From Chrysomallon squamiferum (lineage: Eukaryota; Animalia; Mollusca): DNA of 64,000 nt. Below, one piece after another: positions 1-14,950 of the stretch (its first letter is position 1; the number at the start of each line of letters is the position of its first letter). A program made the position numbers and the translations under genes. The notes under the pieces are model-generated. The model worked only from the letters and a program-made list of their open reading frames with translations, made no database searches and was not told the origin of the DNA. The stretch covers positions 15,128,001 through 15,192,000 of the forward strand of contig CM022668.1 of NCBI GenBank assembly GCA_012295275.1. Direction: 5' to 3'.

Positions 1-1344
1 ATCATTAGCATATAGTTCACAAAACTGCCACATATAACTGTTAAAAAGAAAATACACAAAAGCAACAAAATGCAAACTGCATTTAAGATCAACATCATCA
101 ACATTGACAACCATACAACAATAACAAATGGAGCAGCAACAGCAACAGTAACATCAATATAATGGTATGTATATCCAAACAAAATTAGACCTAATGCTAG
201 TTTTTTTATTATTGGTACTTTTTTAACATTTGTGCATATATATATATATGTATGTAAGCACGTACATATGTATGTATGTATGCATATATGTATGTATGCA
301 TGTATAAATACACACATACGTACAGTTATTTTGTATATCAGCAGTATTAGAACTGTAGGGTTATTTTCATGTTACTTGTTTTCGTGATACAAATATTTGT
401 TATATCAGGCAGCTTTGTAATTTTTAGATTGTAAAATATTATCATTTTATTAGGAGACACAAACAGAACCTATCAAATAAAGAGAAGCAAACACAATATA
501 ACAAAGATAGCGAACATCATTTCTTGAAGTACGCACGTAAATATCTATACAGACATACATTCATACATACAAACATACATCGATACAAATATACTTGCAT
601 ACATGCATACATACATAGACACATACATACATAAAGAAACATTCAAACACATATATACTCAAAACATATACATTACAAACTCGTCGATTCCTGAAGGAAA
701 AAAAAACGTATAAAAAAAACCCAAAACCCCAGAAAACATTTTTTTTTTTTTAGATTTCTAAAACAAATTGTTTTATTTTTATTACCTATCACATATCCTC
801 TACTCATTGCTCTTCAAATAAGAAAACTAAAAAAAAAAAAAAAAAAAAAAAAAAACATTCAAGAAAAAAAAAAAAAAAAAAAAAAGAAATATTTTTTATC
901 CACCAAAACAAGATCTATTTCAATGTAAGTAGTACGGCGTTAATTAACGTTCAAAGCAAGACAAACTCATTATTCTTTATTTTTTTATATTTCTTGATTT
1001 GAAACTGGGAAATAAATATGAAAGGTGGGAAAAAAAAAAAAAAAAAATGAAGAGTTTTATTACATAGTATACCACTTTGGCTAGGCCATCAATTGCTGAC
1101 TTATTGCTGCATGTATCTGTGTTAGAAATAAACGCTAAAAACGGTTTTATATTTCCGTAAAAGATATACAACACTGAAATATCTCTATTCGGTTAATCAG
1201 CAAGCTTTGTAGAAATAGCCATGGACGAGGGAAGTAGACGAGAGGAGTGTGCATCTCGCAGTGATTATGATTCTGAATCACTGTGTTAGTTGTGAATGTA
1301 CGTGCCGGGTCACGATTAAATAAACTGAGATGTACAAGAATAAC

Positions 1345-1555
<211 letters not shown>

Positions 1556-1903
1556 TACAGACATACATATAGACATATAACCAGATAGATAGATAGACAG
1601 ACATATATATGGTTAGAGAGAGATGAAGTATAAGGGAGAAAGAAACAGACAGAAAGAATGAAAGAGAGATATAAAGATAGAGAGATATAGAGAGCAACTA
1701 AGAGAGAAATAAGAAAAAAAGACAAAAAGACAAACTGGATACTGGCCCACATATCTGTAATATTAATACATTTGTTCTTTTTTTTATTTTGTTTTTGTTT
1801 TTTTTATGTATGTTCATTATACTATCGCCTTTTATTTCATTCTCCTTAACAGTGCCTTACAATTTTCAAACACTTGCACTCTCCTCTCTGTGTTTCTCTC
1901 CAG

Positions 1904-2121
1904 GAAAATACAATATTTATTTTATTATTTGGAAAAACAAAACAAGCAGTAAACATCATAATATCCGAAACTGTCCGACAATATCCGAGAATGTCCGAAA
2001 CTGTCCGACAATATCCGAGAATGTCCGACAACATCCGACTACATCCGACAACATCCGACAACATCCGAATATGGTCCGAAGACAAGAGAAAACAGAGGGC
2101 TACCAGATGGGATTGGGCAAG
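1904..2121 (+). other. Candidate 218-nt plus-strand exon (coding status unknown) containing a 10-bp tandem repeat
   Basis: Acceptor ctcctctctgtgtttctctccag|g (AG 1902-1903) and donor caag|gtaggt (GT 2122); two of three frames are open. No transcript evidence. Confidence 0.3.
1961..2080. repeat. 10-bp minisatellite with invariant TCCGA core, 12 units, partial 30-bp higher-order repeat
   Basis: atatccgaaa ctgtccgaca atatccgaga atgtccgaaa ctgtccgaca atatccgaga atgtccgaca acatccgact acatccgaca acatccgaca acatccgaat atggtccgaa. Confidence 0.93.
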
Positions 2122-3085
2122 GTAGGTTGGTTACATGCTGTTTAATTCGTCTAATGAATTCCAGATTTCTCAGCTCGACTGCAAGATGTGCGCAAAGCCG
2201 AACCCTCTAACGAAATGTTGGGGTGGTCATTAAAATGTACCTACCACGTGTTCTACATGCCTAGGGTTACGTTAACGTCATCAGTCACAGTCATCATTAA
2301 TTACTGAAACCGTTCGCCAAATGAATCACGTGTATTTTATTACGTCACATAACTGTTCAGTGATGCCCCTCACGTTATTCATCACTAAAGCTAATACAGA
2401 ACGATATTTCTAACCGTTGAAGTAATGTTCGAGGTTTCTTTGAAACGGTAAAGGTATGTGCGAGCCTATAGTCAGTGACGTAAGTAAATGTTACCAATAC
2501 TTTACTCAGAATAATAAGTCGGAGAATTAATTAACAACAGTCACGATACTAAAATAATTTTTCTACCCGACGTCTTTTTAAATTGTTCGATAAACGTTAC
2601 TCAAATACGATTGTATGTTTTTCATGTATGTATAATCTTGCGTATAGCTGTTTATAATTGTATGTGTTTTCTTTTTATATAAGAAACAATAATGATAACA
2701 CTGCATGCGTACATGCATACGCATTCGAACATTTGGAACAAAACAAAATATACAGAAAGAACAACAACAACAATAATAATAATAATAATAGCAAAAATCT
2801 GAATTCTTAAATTAGCGGTCGCTGTGTTTAGTAATCGAATTCTACTGACAGCGGTCCATATTATATTCTATCTTGACTTGTCAAAATGATGATATGCAGT
2901 GTATATCACGGACATTGTTATCTACATAATACTGAATTAATTATGTTTTTACTCATATTTAGTTATAATACGTAGGTTTTAAAAAAAACTCGTTTATTAT
3001 GATATGAACTGGCTAGTTATAAACAACGAAACAGAAACAGAGTTCTGATTTGTTCACTGAAAGTGACATTCTGTCTCATTCTCAT

Positions 3086-3280
<195 letters not shown>

Positions 3281-3834
3281 TTTCATCCTTTCTTCTCTCT
3301 TTCTCAGTTCACTCCTCTCTCTTTCTTTCTTTCTTGGTATGCCTTTTGTCTTCTGGGATTCTTTTCATTCTTTTCTTTTCTCTTTTTTAAATGCCATTAC
3401 TTCATTACCAATCTTTAAAACACGTAAAAAGTTACATCCACAAATTTGAAAATCTTATTTTTAAAAAAAAATTTGACTGCAAAACTCTAATTAGTATTTA
3501 AAAGCCAGTTAACTGAAGGTGTCAGAGAATCTTCAGCAAATACCACGTTCTTTTAGCACTCTCTGCGTTTTCTCTGGAATACCAGCCATGCTGTGTTAAA
3601 GTTTAATAATGAACGGCAGGGGCCGATCTAAAATTATCAGCAGGGGTAGGGGGAGCCATTCCAGATTATCACATTATATATCTTTAATTTCTTTTTAAAT
3701 CCATAATTTTTCATTATGTTGACCAAAATCTGGAGGTTTGACAAAATTATGAAATGTTTAATTTACCGTTAAGAAAACTGTTTTTTATAGATTAATTATT
3801 GCTCGTATTAAGTTACTAATTTCTCGAAAATATT

Positions 3835-4850
3835 AAAAACTTATTTTTTGTTTATGACTAACAAACAGAAACGTTTGTGCATTCAGTTTACATGTTATGA
3901 AGACTACAAAACCCCCCAAAACAAAACGAAACAAAACAAAACAAAGAAAGATATTCAATATCAGCTTTTAAAAAGTCTATAAAATTAAATTTCTTATCAA
4001 TTGTTTACTGATTTTTTTTTTTTTTAATTGAAATAACTTCCGCTATGCAACTTGCTACTGTTTTATTTATTTATTTATTTATTTATTTTGTATTATTTTA
4101 TTTTATTTTATTTTATATTCATTTTATGTTCTATTTTTGTCTTTGCCGAAAGAATTCTATTTTCGTTACCTTCCCATAATTACGAAAATACAAACGAAGC
4201 CGTTAATAATCCAGTCATGAAGCTTTGTCTGGAACGGGAAATATGCATATAACTGTATATATACATTTATTAATGAAAATACTTAATTTTCTATCATTGT
4301 GCTACCTCGTGCAGAAACGGCAGATTTATTTTTAAATAACTGTTATTGCTACCTGAAATTACATGCCGGCATTTGTCGTAATTTACATTCCTTTTTACAA
4401 ATACTTATTTAAAACATCCATCCCGTGCTTGAATGCAGTCACTGAAAGGAAACACTCGCCATGAAACCGTGGAAGATTATCCAGCATTGTGATAGACAGC
4501 ACATGTATCTTTTCATGCAACATAAACGTGTACGAAAGTGATTAATTATTTAGCTGAACACAGATTCTGCGCGCCAGTTTTGTTCTCTATGCAAAGCGTG
4601 TTTGAAACCAGCACAATAAAATAGCAGGGACGAGCGTTTCGAAATCTCTGAAACCATCAATGGGGGTAGAAGGCCCGATGCCTTTGAAACCTTTAGAACC
4701 ACATTTCGAGTATTCTCAGTCCTTTAAAACCACTATTAAAAGATATTTAAAAAGTTTATTTCTTGTTTATGATTAACAAGTGGATATGTTCGTGTATTCA
4801 GTTTACGTTTAGATCACAAAATCCCCCCGAAAAAACAAAATAAAAGATAC
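3835..4850 (+). repeat. Diverged ~100-bp direct repeat pair (3835-3955 and 4750-4850)
   Basis: ttgtttatgactaacaa..gtttgtgcattcagtttac..acaaaaccccccaaaacaaaa..aaagata aligns with ttgtttatgattaacaa..gttcgtgtattcagtttac..acaaaatccccccgaaaaacaaaa..aaagata. Confidence 0.8.
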
Positions 4851-5782
4851 AGATGTTTGCTTCATGAAATTACTAAAACCATCATTCATGGCGTAGTTAC
4901 AAATTATTAATAATTACAAGTGATAACCTTGTACCGTTATACATATGTTGTAGTATGGGGCCTATATTTTATTATGAGTCATGACATTTTAATGGGATTA
5001 TAAAAAAAAGATGGTGTGAAATTGTATGAAATTAACTGACATATACGACTTTGGGTAATATAATAAACTATGCGATGATACGTAATAAATAAAAAATATC
5101 GAAACACTGAAAATAAATTACATTTAAAAAAAAAAAGAATTCTTAATAATTTTATTTTTTCTCTATCTAGTCTTTAACATATTAGTATACATTTAAAACA
5201 TTTTACAGTTTGAATTTAATCGCGTTACAAAAAAACAAAAAAAACAACAAAAAAAACACACAACCCACAACAGATACAGAATAAATCTGACCTCACCGGC
5301 AGGGAATCTACAAAAAAAAAAAAAACCCGACCCTCACCTGGTATCCGCCCTAGAGCGACATGCCACCTGTAATCACGAAGCATTATCACTCGCGACATTC
5401 CCTGCAATTTGCATAAATGCAATAAGCAACCTGTGTACCTGTGTGCTAGCCCCGGTTTGCCTGCGAAGCATTTTGACAGGTGTAACATATGTATGCATAT
5501 CTAATATACTCGCGAACAGATAACACAAACCATTTGTGCTGGTGAGTATAATGCATGTAGCGGTGGATTTAAATCGACAGATGTTTTGAGCTGTCGGAGA
5601 GAACAAATTTGAAGGCAGTTGTTTATTTTATTGGCTTGTTCGCTATTTTTTTTTTTTTTTTTTATTTTGGTTATTTTGCTGCACATTGCGTGTAATGTGA
5701 ATTGCAAAGTTTGTTACAGATTCTTCTTCATCGCTAATTAACGTGAAATTTAGATTAGCCTATTGAATTAGTCTTTCTTTTA

Positions 5783-5854
<72 letters not shown>

Positions 5855-6142
5855 AACGCACACACACGCACACACTCACATACGCTTTCTCTTTCTCTCA
5901 TTCTATCGCCTCTTCCTCCATTTCGTTTTTCCTTTGTTACTATTTTCTTCTGTCTATCCGGCTACCTTTACGTATTCATCTAACATTTATCTATGTACAT
6001 ATTATTTACTTTCTGGCATGAGACTTCTTTCATCTTTCCTTCTCTCTCTCTCACACACGCTCAATCTTTCTCCCTCTCTCCCTCTCTTTGATTTTCGCTC
6101 TCTATCTATCTGAGACATATACAAACAAAAAAACGCACGCAC

Positions 6143-6187
<45 letters not shown>

Positions 6188-6295
6188 ATACACAGGCCCA
6201 CACAAACTGAGAAACACTTTGAATAATTTTATGCCACTTTAGGCAACATGTTCAGGAAGGAACAAAAATAATAATAGTAATGATGATGATAATAA

Positions 6296-6326
<31 letters not shown>

Positions 6327-6689
6327 ATATCATAGCCCCTGAAAAAAACACCCCCCCGGTAAATCAAAACAACACACAAGACACATGCACTACAACTCGA
6401 CAGGTTTCTTGCAGTCGATTTGCTGGAAGAACGACGACACTAGAATGGAAACTGCAGCAACCACGGCAACACCACGCCCCGTCTCTGTTAACCACCTCGT
6501 GGGCAAACTGTAGAAAATAAACAAATCCACGAAAAGACTGATACGCAGAGATGGCAACCACCCAAGAGTGCTTGTTAATTCTTCAAACTTTCGTAACACC
6601 CGTGTCAGAAAGATTTTTTCTCTTTTCTTTTTTTGGCTCAGAGCATTATTATTTTTTCTTCGTTACTTTCTTTTTGTTGTTGTTTTACT

Positions 6690-6747
<58 letters not shown>

Positions 6748-7029
6748 CTCAGAGCATTGCACGAGATTATAATCGGTTGCCAAGGTGTCTGGAAGTGTCG
6801 CACCTGGCAACCATTCGTTAGTCCGAACCTGCCTAATATTTCTGCCTAATTTCCCGCTGCGCGTGCGAGTGAAACAGAACACTGTGTTGATGTTAGTCTT
6901 GTGGCAAGTTGGGGAGCGCATTCGATCGTGCATTTGGAGCGTTTTTCTGACAGCCAGCTGATGACTCAGACCCAGTGTAATCATTTCCAGAATCTCTTTT
7001 TTTTTTTTTTTACCTGTGTCAGACTTGTT

Positions 7030-7163
7030 TCTTCTCTGCTGTTTTTAAAGCCTCCGCCACCTTGCTGTTTCTCTCTCTCTCTCTCATCTTCTTTAAAGCC
7101 TCCTCCACCTTTCTCTCTGTTTCTCTGTCTCTCTCTCTCTCTCTCTCTCATCTTCTTCTGTCA

Positions 7164-7244
<81 letters not shown>

Positions 7245-7330
7245 TTCTCTCATCTTCTTCTGTCATTAACTCTTTTCTCATTATCTCATTTCTCTCTCCG
7301 TCTCTCTCTCTTCTTCTGTTTTTCTCTCTG
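7030..7330. repeat. CT-rich low-complexity tract with short internal duplications
   Basis: (CT)n interrupted by tttaaagcctcc(g/t)ccacctt twice and ctcatcttcttctgtcatt twice. Confidence 0.85.
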
Positions 7331-7799
7331 ATACTTTTTCTATCTATCATTTACTTGCTTTTTTTACAGTTTGCCCAATTTGTCACTCGGTAATACTTTT
7401 CCACTTCTCTGTTATTCTCCTCTTTCTCTAGTTTCTTTTTCTTTTTTTTCATTTTCTCTTCCTGCCATTCGTTATATTTCTCTCTCTCTCATTCCACCCA
7501 TCTTTCTAGCTATTCCTGTCTGTCTGTCAGTCTGTCTGTCTCTTTCTCTCTCTCAGTTAGTCACTCAATGACTCATATACAACCATTTACTTTTAATTGT
7601 TCACCAAAAAAACCCCTTTTTTTTATCCTTCTACTCTACGTTAAAATTAAGCTTCTCGCAAACAGGTTTTTGCGCTTCTCCCGCGAACAATTTCTCGAAT
7701 TTAAACCTGAATTTAATTCATCAAACTACCTCCCTAATATCAAATAGGAAAAATATTAATTCTAATAATAGTAATAAGTGTGATTATAGTAATACAAAT

Positions 7800-9110
<1,311 letters not shown>

Positions 9111-9597
9111 GTAGTTGTACTAGTAATTATAACAACAACAGCAGCTATAACAACAACAGCAGCTACTACTGCAACAGTAGTTAATGATGGAAAATCGATG
9201 GAACAAAATTACTAAACATTTGAAAAGAGAATAAATCAAAACATGAAAAAGAAGGAAAATAATAATAAAATCTAAACACAGAAAACCTTTCGATCAGTAG
9301 AAATACTGAACAAAAAGGTTAAGAAATACATAGTATTATTTGATCGGCTCTCATATTTCATTTGATGGAAACATAATCTATATCGCCTGCTTCCCTATAT
9401 CTTAATAAGAAATCCTACAGTTGATCTAAGGCTTGGTAAATAATGTATAATTTATGATAATATTGTATTTAACTTTATATTACATAGTTCAATCACGCTG
9501 GTTAGATTACAATAGCTATTAAAATGAAAATAAATATATATTAGTAATAAAATAAATAAATAAACAACAACAACAGCAATAATAATAATAATAATAA

Positions 9598-9647
<50 letters not shown>

Positions 9648-9671
9648 TAATAATAATAAAAATAATAATAA

Positions 9672-9702
<31 letters not shown>

Positions 9703-10304
9703 ACAATAAGTAATTATTTATTTCAAAACAGTCTATCAGTGCTGTTGCGATGTCTTTATTGAACTAACAGTGTCAAATGAGCCGACAGAGATATAATCAG
9801 AACTGAATCAAGCATTTTTGCCCATTAATGCGGAGAAATTAAATCAGGAAATAAAACTGAAGTATATTCGTTCCAGCTGGCAGATATTTTGTTTATCAAA
9901 ATCGGGGCCATTTGAATATTCATTCTTTATTTTTTATCATTATTTTTTTTTTTTAATTAGATTTTCTGTAAAAAAAAATTTGGTTAAAACTGTAACGGTG
10001 ACACAGTGAATGATATAAGTAAGGAAGGAAGGAAAATAAATAAATAAATAAATAAATAAAAATTAAAAATTAATAAATAAATTGTGATTTAATATTTTTA
10101 TATGCATAAAAACAAAAAATTAAATAAATATATTACCTGGCTAGTGATTTATTATTTTTATGCATGCATACAAACAAAAACACAGAAATAAATATACAAC
10201 TATACGCACACACACACACGTGCTTATTTATTTAATTTATTAACTTGACGTTGCTATGAGAACTTCAAAGCGAACATAGCGTTTACAATCTCTACAAATT
10301 AAAA

Positions 10305-10335
<31 letters not shown>

Positions 10336-12054
10336 AATAACGGCACTTTAATTCAACCGCTAGTCTCAAAGAAAATGGACAAACAACCTGTTACACGAAA
10401 GAGTGGAATCAATACAATGTTTTATCAATAATCTGCGCCGACAAAAACTGTACACGTCAAGCGTCTGTGTTAAAATAAAATAATGTAGAAAATGTGCGAG
10501 GCGAAGTCATAGGAAAGATAACGAAGATTATAAACGCATGTGTATGTGTGTATGTATGTATGTATGTATGTATGTATGTATGTATGTATGTATGTATGTA
10601 TGTATGTATATATACATGTACATATGTTTGTGTGTCTGTGTGCCATATTGATAAAGATTTTTTTTTTTTTTTTTTTTTTACATATGAATGCTTTGTGAAT
10701 AGGTGCATACATATTTCTGTATTTATATTTTTGTAATTATATAGATGCATAGATACAAAGATACGTACATACATATAAACATAAATACACACACCAACAC
10801 ATACACACAAAATATATTGCATATTATTATCATATAACGAAATTCCCAATGCACTGCATATAACCATAAATATAAACTTATATTGCATGAACAGTAAGTA
10901 TACTTTATTTGAAAGTACGTAACATGAACTCTAAATATGATAAATACGTCTGTTACATGCATACAAAATAAATGTATTACCAATTAATAAAATACCGTAG
11001 ACGTTGTAATAAAAATAATATTCACTGACACTAATTAAACTATTACATCGGGACCAATAATCATGGATACCTACATTATGTTTAAATGTAATTATGGTGA
11101 TATTACTAGCTACATGCTGTCATTTCCATGTCGATATGCGCTAGAGACATTGTTATCAATCTAGGTTATTAAGAATTTATTGCAAAAAAACCCAGATTAT
11201 ATTGTAATCTTTTCCGATTTGCGCGCGAGTTCACACTGACATACACGCAAATATGAAACCTACACCCATAGATATACAGATAAATATCACACACACACAC
11301 ACACACACACAAACAAACACACAGACACATACACACACACATATACACGCATACATACACACACATATATGAATAATCAGTCTCTTTTGTCAATTTCATT
11401 TTATTTATATATAAATTTAAAATTTTATTTTATTCAGTCATTCTATTCTATTCTATTCTATTTTGTTTCGTTTCATTTCATTTTATTTTATTTTATTTTA
11501 TTCTATTTTATTTTATTTCATTATATTATTATTAATTTTAATTATATCTATTTATTTATTTAATTACATACTTCATTTATTTATTCATTTATTTATTGTC
11601 GATTAAGAACACCTACGTTTAACAGCTGAAGTAGACATAATGATAAATTTATTTAAAAACAGTTTTATTAGCAGCTAAAATATCTGAATAACAGCCGGCA
11701 ATAAACACAAGCTGTTATGTTTTCAGTAATTTTTTTTTCTGTACTGAATTTGTGCGTGTGCGTGTGTGTGTATTTGTGAGAGCAAATCGAAATAATATAA
11801 TTAGTCAATTGGGAATAATGTTTTTATAAACAGGATATCACGCGAATAATAAACTTAGTCGTATTTTATTTTATGTACATACATTATGAAAATATATGTA
11901 TATATTCGTGGGATTTGAATATGTGTGTGTATGTTTATGTATGTTGTGTTTATGTTGAGTAATGCTGAAGGATTGTATTTTGAATATCACAGTGTGAACG
12001 ATAAATATGAAAGATAAATCAAAGTCTATCTTGCTAATAACTACTGTGTCAGTA

Positions 12055-12680
12055 AATAAATAAATAAATAAATATCTAGATCTAGTTAGCTAGACAGAAA
12101 TAAAATTAAAAAAAAAAAAAAAAAAAAAAAAGAATATAAATAAATAAATAAATATCTAGATCTAGTTAGCTAGATAGAAATAAAAATTAAATTGAATTAA
12201 AAATAAAAAGGAATATAAATAAATAAATAAATAATACAGCACAGATAATAAATATAAATTATGTGTAATAAACAAATAAATATCTGCATCTAGATACCGA
12301 TTAGCAAAATAAACTAATGAGTGAATAAATAAATAATATAATCAACAAATAAACAAATAAATAAACAAGTAAATAAACAAGTAAATAAATAAATAAAACC
12401 ATTATAAATAAATAAGCAAATAAACAAATAAATATAAAATGAATAAATAAATAAATAAATAAATAAACAAATAAATAAATAAATAAGTAAATAAATAAAT
12501 AAATAAGCAAATAAACAACTAAATAAATACATAAATAAATAAATAAATATAAACAACTAAATAAATACATAAATAAATAAATATAAATAAATAAATAAGC
12601 AAATAAAACAAACAAACAAATAAATAAATAAGCAAATAAATAAATAAATAAATAAATAAAGAAATAAAGAAACAAAATTA
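12055..12680. repeat. ~80-bp tandem duplication followed by degenerate (AAAT)n
   Basis: aaatatctagatctagttagctaga(c/t)agaaataaaa occurs at ~12070 and ~12151; AAAT variants at 12310-12680. Confidence 0.9.
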
Positions 12681-12751
12681 ACAAATGGACACACAAACAA
12701 CTGCTGCACGTGAATGACGTACTAGGTGCGTTTAACACAATTACAACTTAC

Positions 12752-12787
12752 CCCATAGCAAGAGCGATTCGCTTCCTGTTTCCATGA
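12752..12787 (-). CDS. Candidate 36-nt micro-exon (all three frames open; METGSESLLLW, or ending in ATG-GG)
   Basis: Minus strand reads ttttgtttttgtttgtgcag|TCATGGAAACAGGAAGCGAATCGCTCTTGCTATGGG|gtaagt: U-rich acceptor, consensus donor, length divisible by 3. Product not recognised. Confidence 0.4.
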
Positions 12788-14344
12788 CTGCACAAACAAA
12801 AACAAAAACAGAACTTCGTTTTTTAATCCAATTAAATCAGAGAACACCAGCTCATGAAAACAAAATCTACATCCTACACTTTCACCATTTAGTACTTAAA
12901 CTGACTTTGTTTTCTATTGTTGTTGTTGTTATTGTTATTGTTATTATTATTGTTGTTGTTGTTGTTTTTTATTTATTTATTTATCATCATCATCATCATC
13001 ATCATCATTGTTATTAAATTACAAAATTGTTTATTTAAAGATATTCTGACAAATCAGTAAAATGTGAATTGTTTAGTTTTTTAGAAATCACCTCGCTATG
13101 CAATGAACCTAAATTAATCCCCACTGAATTTTGAAAACGACTACGACGACAACAACAACAACAACAACAACAATAATAACGTCTCTTCAAGTATAATTAA
13201 TATATAGATCGTAATTAAAAGATAATAATAATAATTAAAATATGTAAATAATGTGCATGTTATAAATTATTTTTATTCATACCAGATTATAGAGAAGATA
13301 AATTTAAGAACCCTTAAAATAAATTTCTTCCTACTAATATCAGCTATACGATTATGTAAAATATTCAGTTGATCGTGAAATAAAAGCTATCTTACTCAAA
13401 AATCAATGAGTTACACAACGTGAAATAAACAACACGGTAATAACCGATTTCACCATTAGGAACGCACTAATAACGTCACACAATGGAATGACGTCATAAC
13501 AAAGCAAACGGATATTGTCGAACTTACCCCATCGTGCAAAAGGTGATTTCGTTAACTTTCGTGTGAGGACGTAGAGTTAACGGTGAGCATTGCCTTCGTT
13601 TCTTCTTTATTCTTTATTTTACATTTATTTATCGAGTTTTGTATTCTAATAACGTAAGCGTTTTACAGCTAATAAAACCTGGTGCTTACAGCGTCAAAGT
13701 GTATCCAGTAATCCCGGTGTAATTGCTCGTACATAACTTTCACATACAAAGTAAGCTCATAATATTGTCTGTGGATCAATAACGTATGTATTATTGTAAC
13801 TGAACTAGTCCTTTTTTTGTAAACTCGTCACTGAAACAGATACATAGTTAATTTGTAACTGAATTAATACATCTGAAATAGTTACGGCTATGTCATCCTT
13901 CCAAATGAAATAATTTTTTACATATGATGTCCAAGTTTATGCAGCTCTTTCTCTAATAATTACTTGTTACGTATCACTTGAACAGTTGTGTTGTAGTCAT
14001 TGCACGAAATGGTTATCTGCAGCAATACACGCTGTGTTTACACGCTTTTATTCCCTTGCCTAGGTTCAAGTAAAATAGCTGTGAAATGCGGGGTTGAAAT
14101 AGTATGATTTTCTTCTACGAAGTTAAGTGTAGGTTTTCAGTCAAACTAGGTATAAGCAATCAGTATATGATGCAGTCGCCTGCAGAAGCTATTACCGTTA
14201 ATGATTCGAGATGATCAGTTCTGATGATGTTGTACAAACGTTGTTTTTTTTTTTTAATTATTTATTATTATTATTATTTTTTTTTTTTTTTTTAGTATAA
14301 TCAATAAATGAACATAACGAAGACTTAAAATCCTTATCCTCTGC

Positions 14345-14950
14345 TTTAATACATTCAGAAATCCTTGTTGGTCATGAATCCTTGGCAGACCTAATCCCAT
14401 GTATTAATACATCCTTTAAAGTCATGATCCTACTAGCCTAGAACATACTAATCCGGTATTTTAATTTTAAAAAAATCCTTTCAACAGACGAGGTCTACAG
14501 ATCTAGTGTACATTAATCCAGCTACTTAGTACAATTATTTTACGTCATGAGGATTATAGACTACATATTAATCCTGTGTTTCAATAAAATCATTTCAGAT
14601 CACAAAACCTACAGTCTTAGCAGACAGCAGCTAGTATGTATTTATCCAGTTTGCTAACACGATCTATTTTGTTTTCAGATCAAAATCGCGTACATAGAAA
14701 TTATGCGTTTTAAAAACAATCCTTTCAGGTCACTAAGGCGAAGAAATCTCATTATTTTAATCCAGTGTTTTAGGTCATAAAAGTCTACAGACCCAGAACA
14801 TATTAATCCAGTTGTTTTCTAAACACGATCCGTTCAGGTCACAAAAATCATACAGGCCTGGTACTTCTTAATCCTGTTTTATTTTTATTTTTAGAATAAT
14901 CCCTTCAGATCACACAGCCTAGATGTCTAGTAGGGTATTAATCCAATTTC
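14345..14950. repeat. Ancient degenerate ~55-65-bp tandem array, about 10 units
   Basis: Recurring motif order AATCCTTTCAG(G/A)TCA..CTACAG..CTAG..ATTAATCC(A/T)G. Confidence 0.8.

Noticed and set aside
1843-1852. U12-type branch point TCCTTAAC
   Set aside because: About 50 nt from the candidate acceptor, too far for a typical U12 intron, and no RTATCCTT donor seen upstream.
3617-3660. Possible MITE terminus CAGGGGCCGATCTA...GGGGG
   Set aside because: No matching inverted end or target-site duplication found.
6638-6759. Retro-insertion flanked by the direct repeat CTCAGAGCATT
   Set aside because: The intervening sequence is only low-complexity T/AT runs, so slippage duplication explains it equally well.
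6500-7377. PIF/Harbinger element defined by GGGCAAACTGTA inverted ends
   Set aside because: No TWA target-site duplication; kept only as an inverted-repeat observation.
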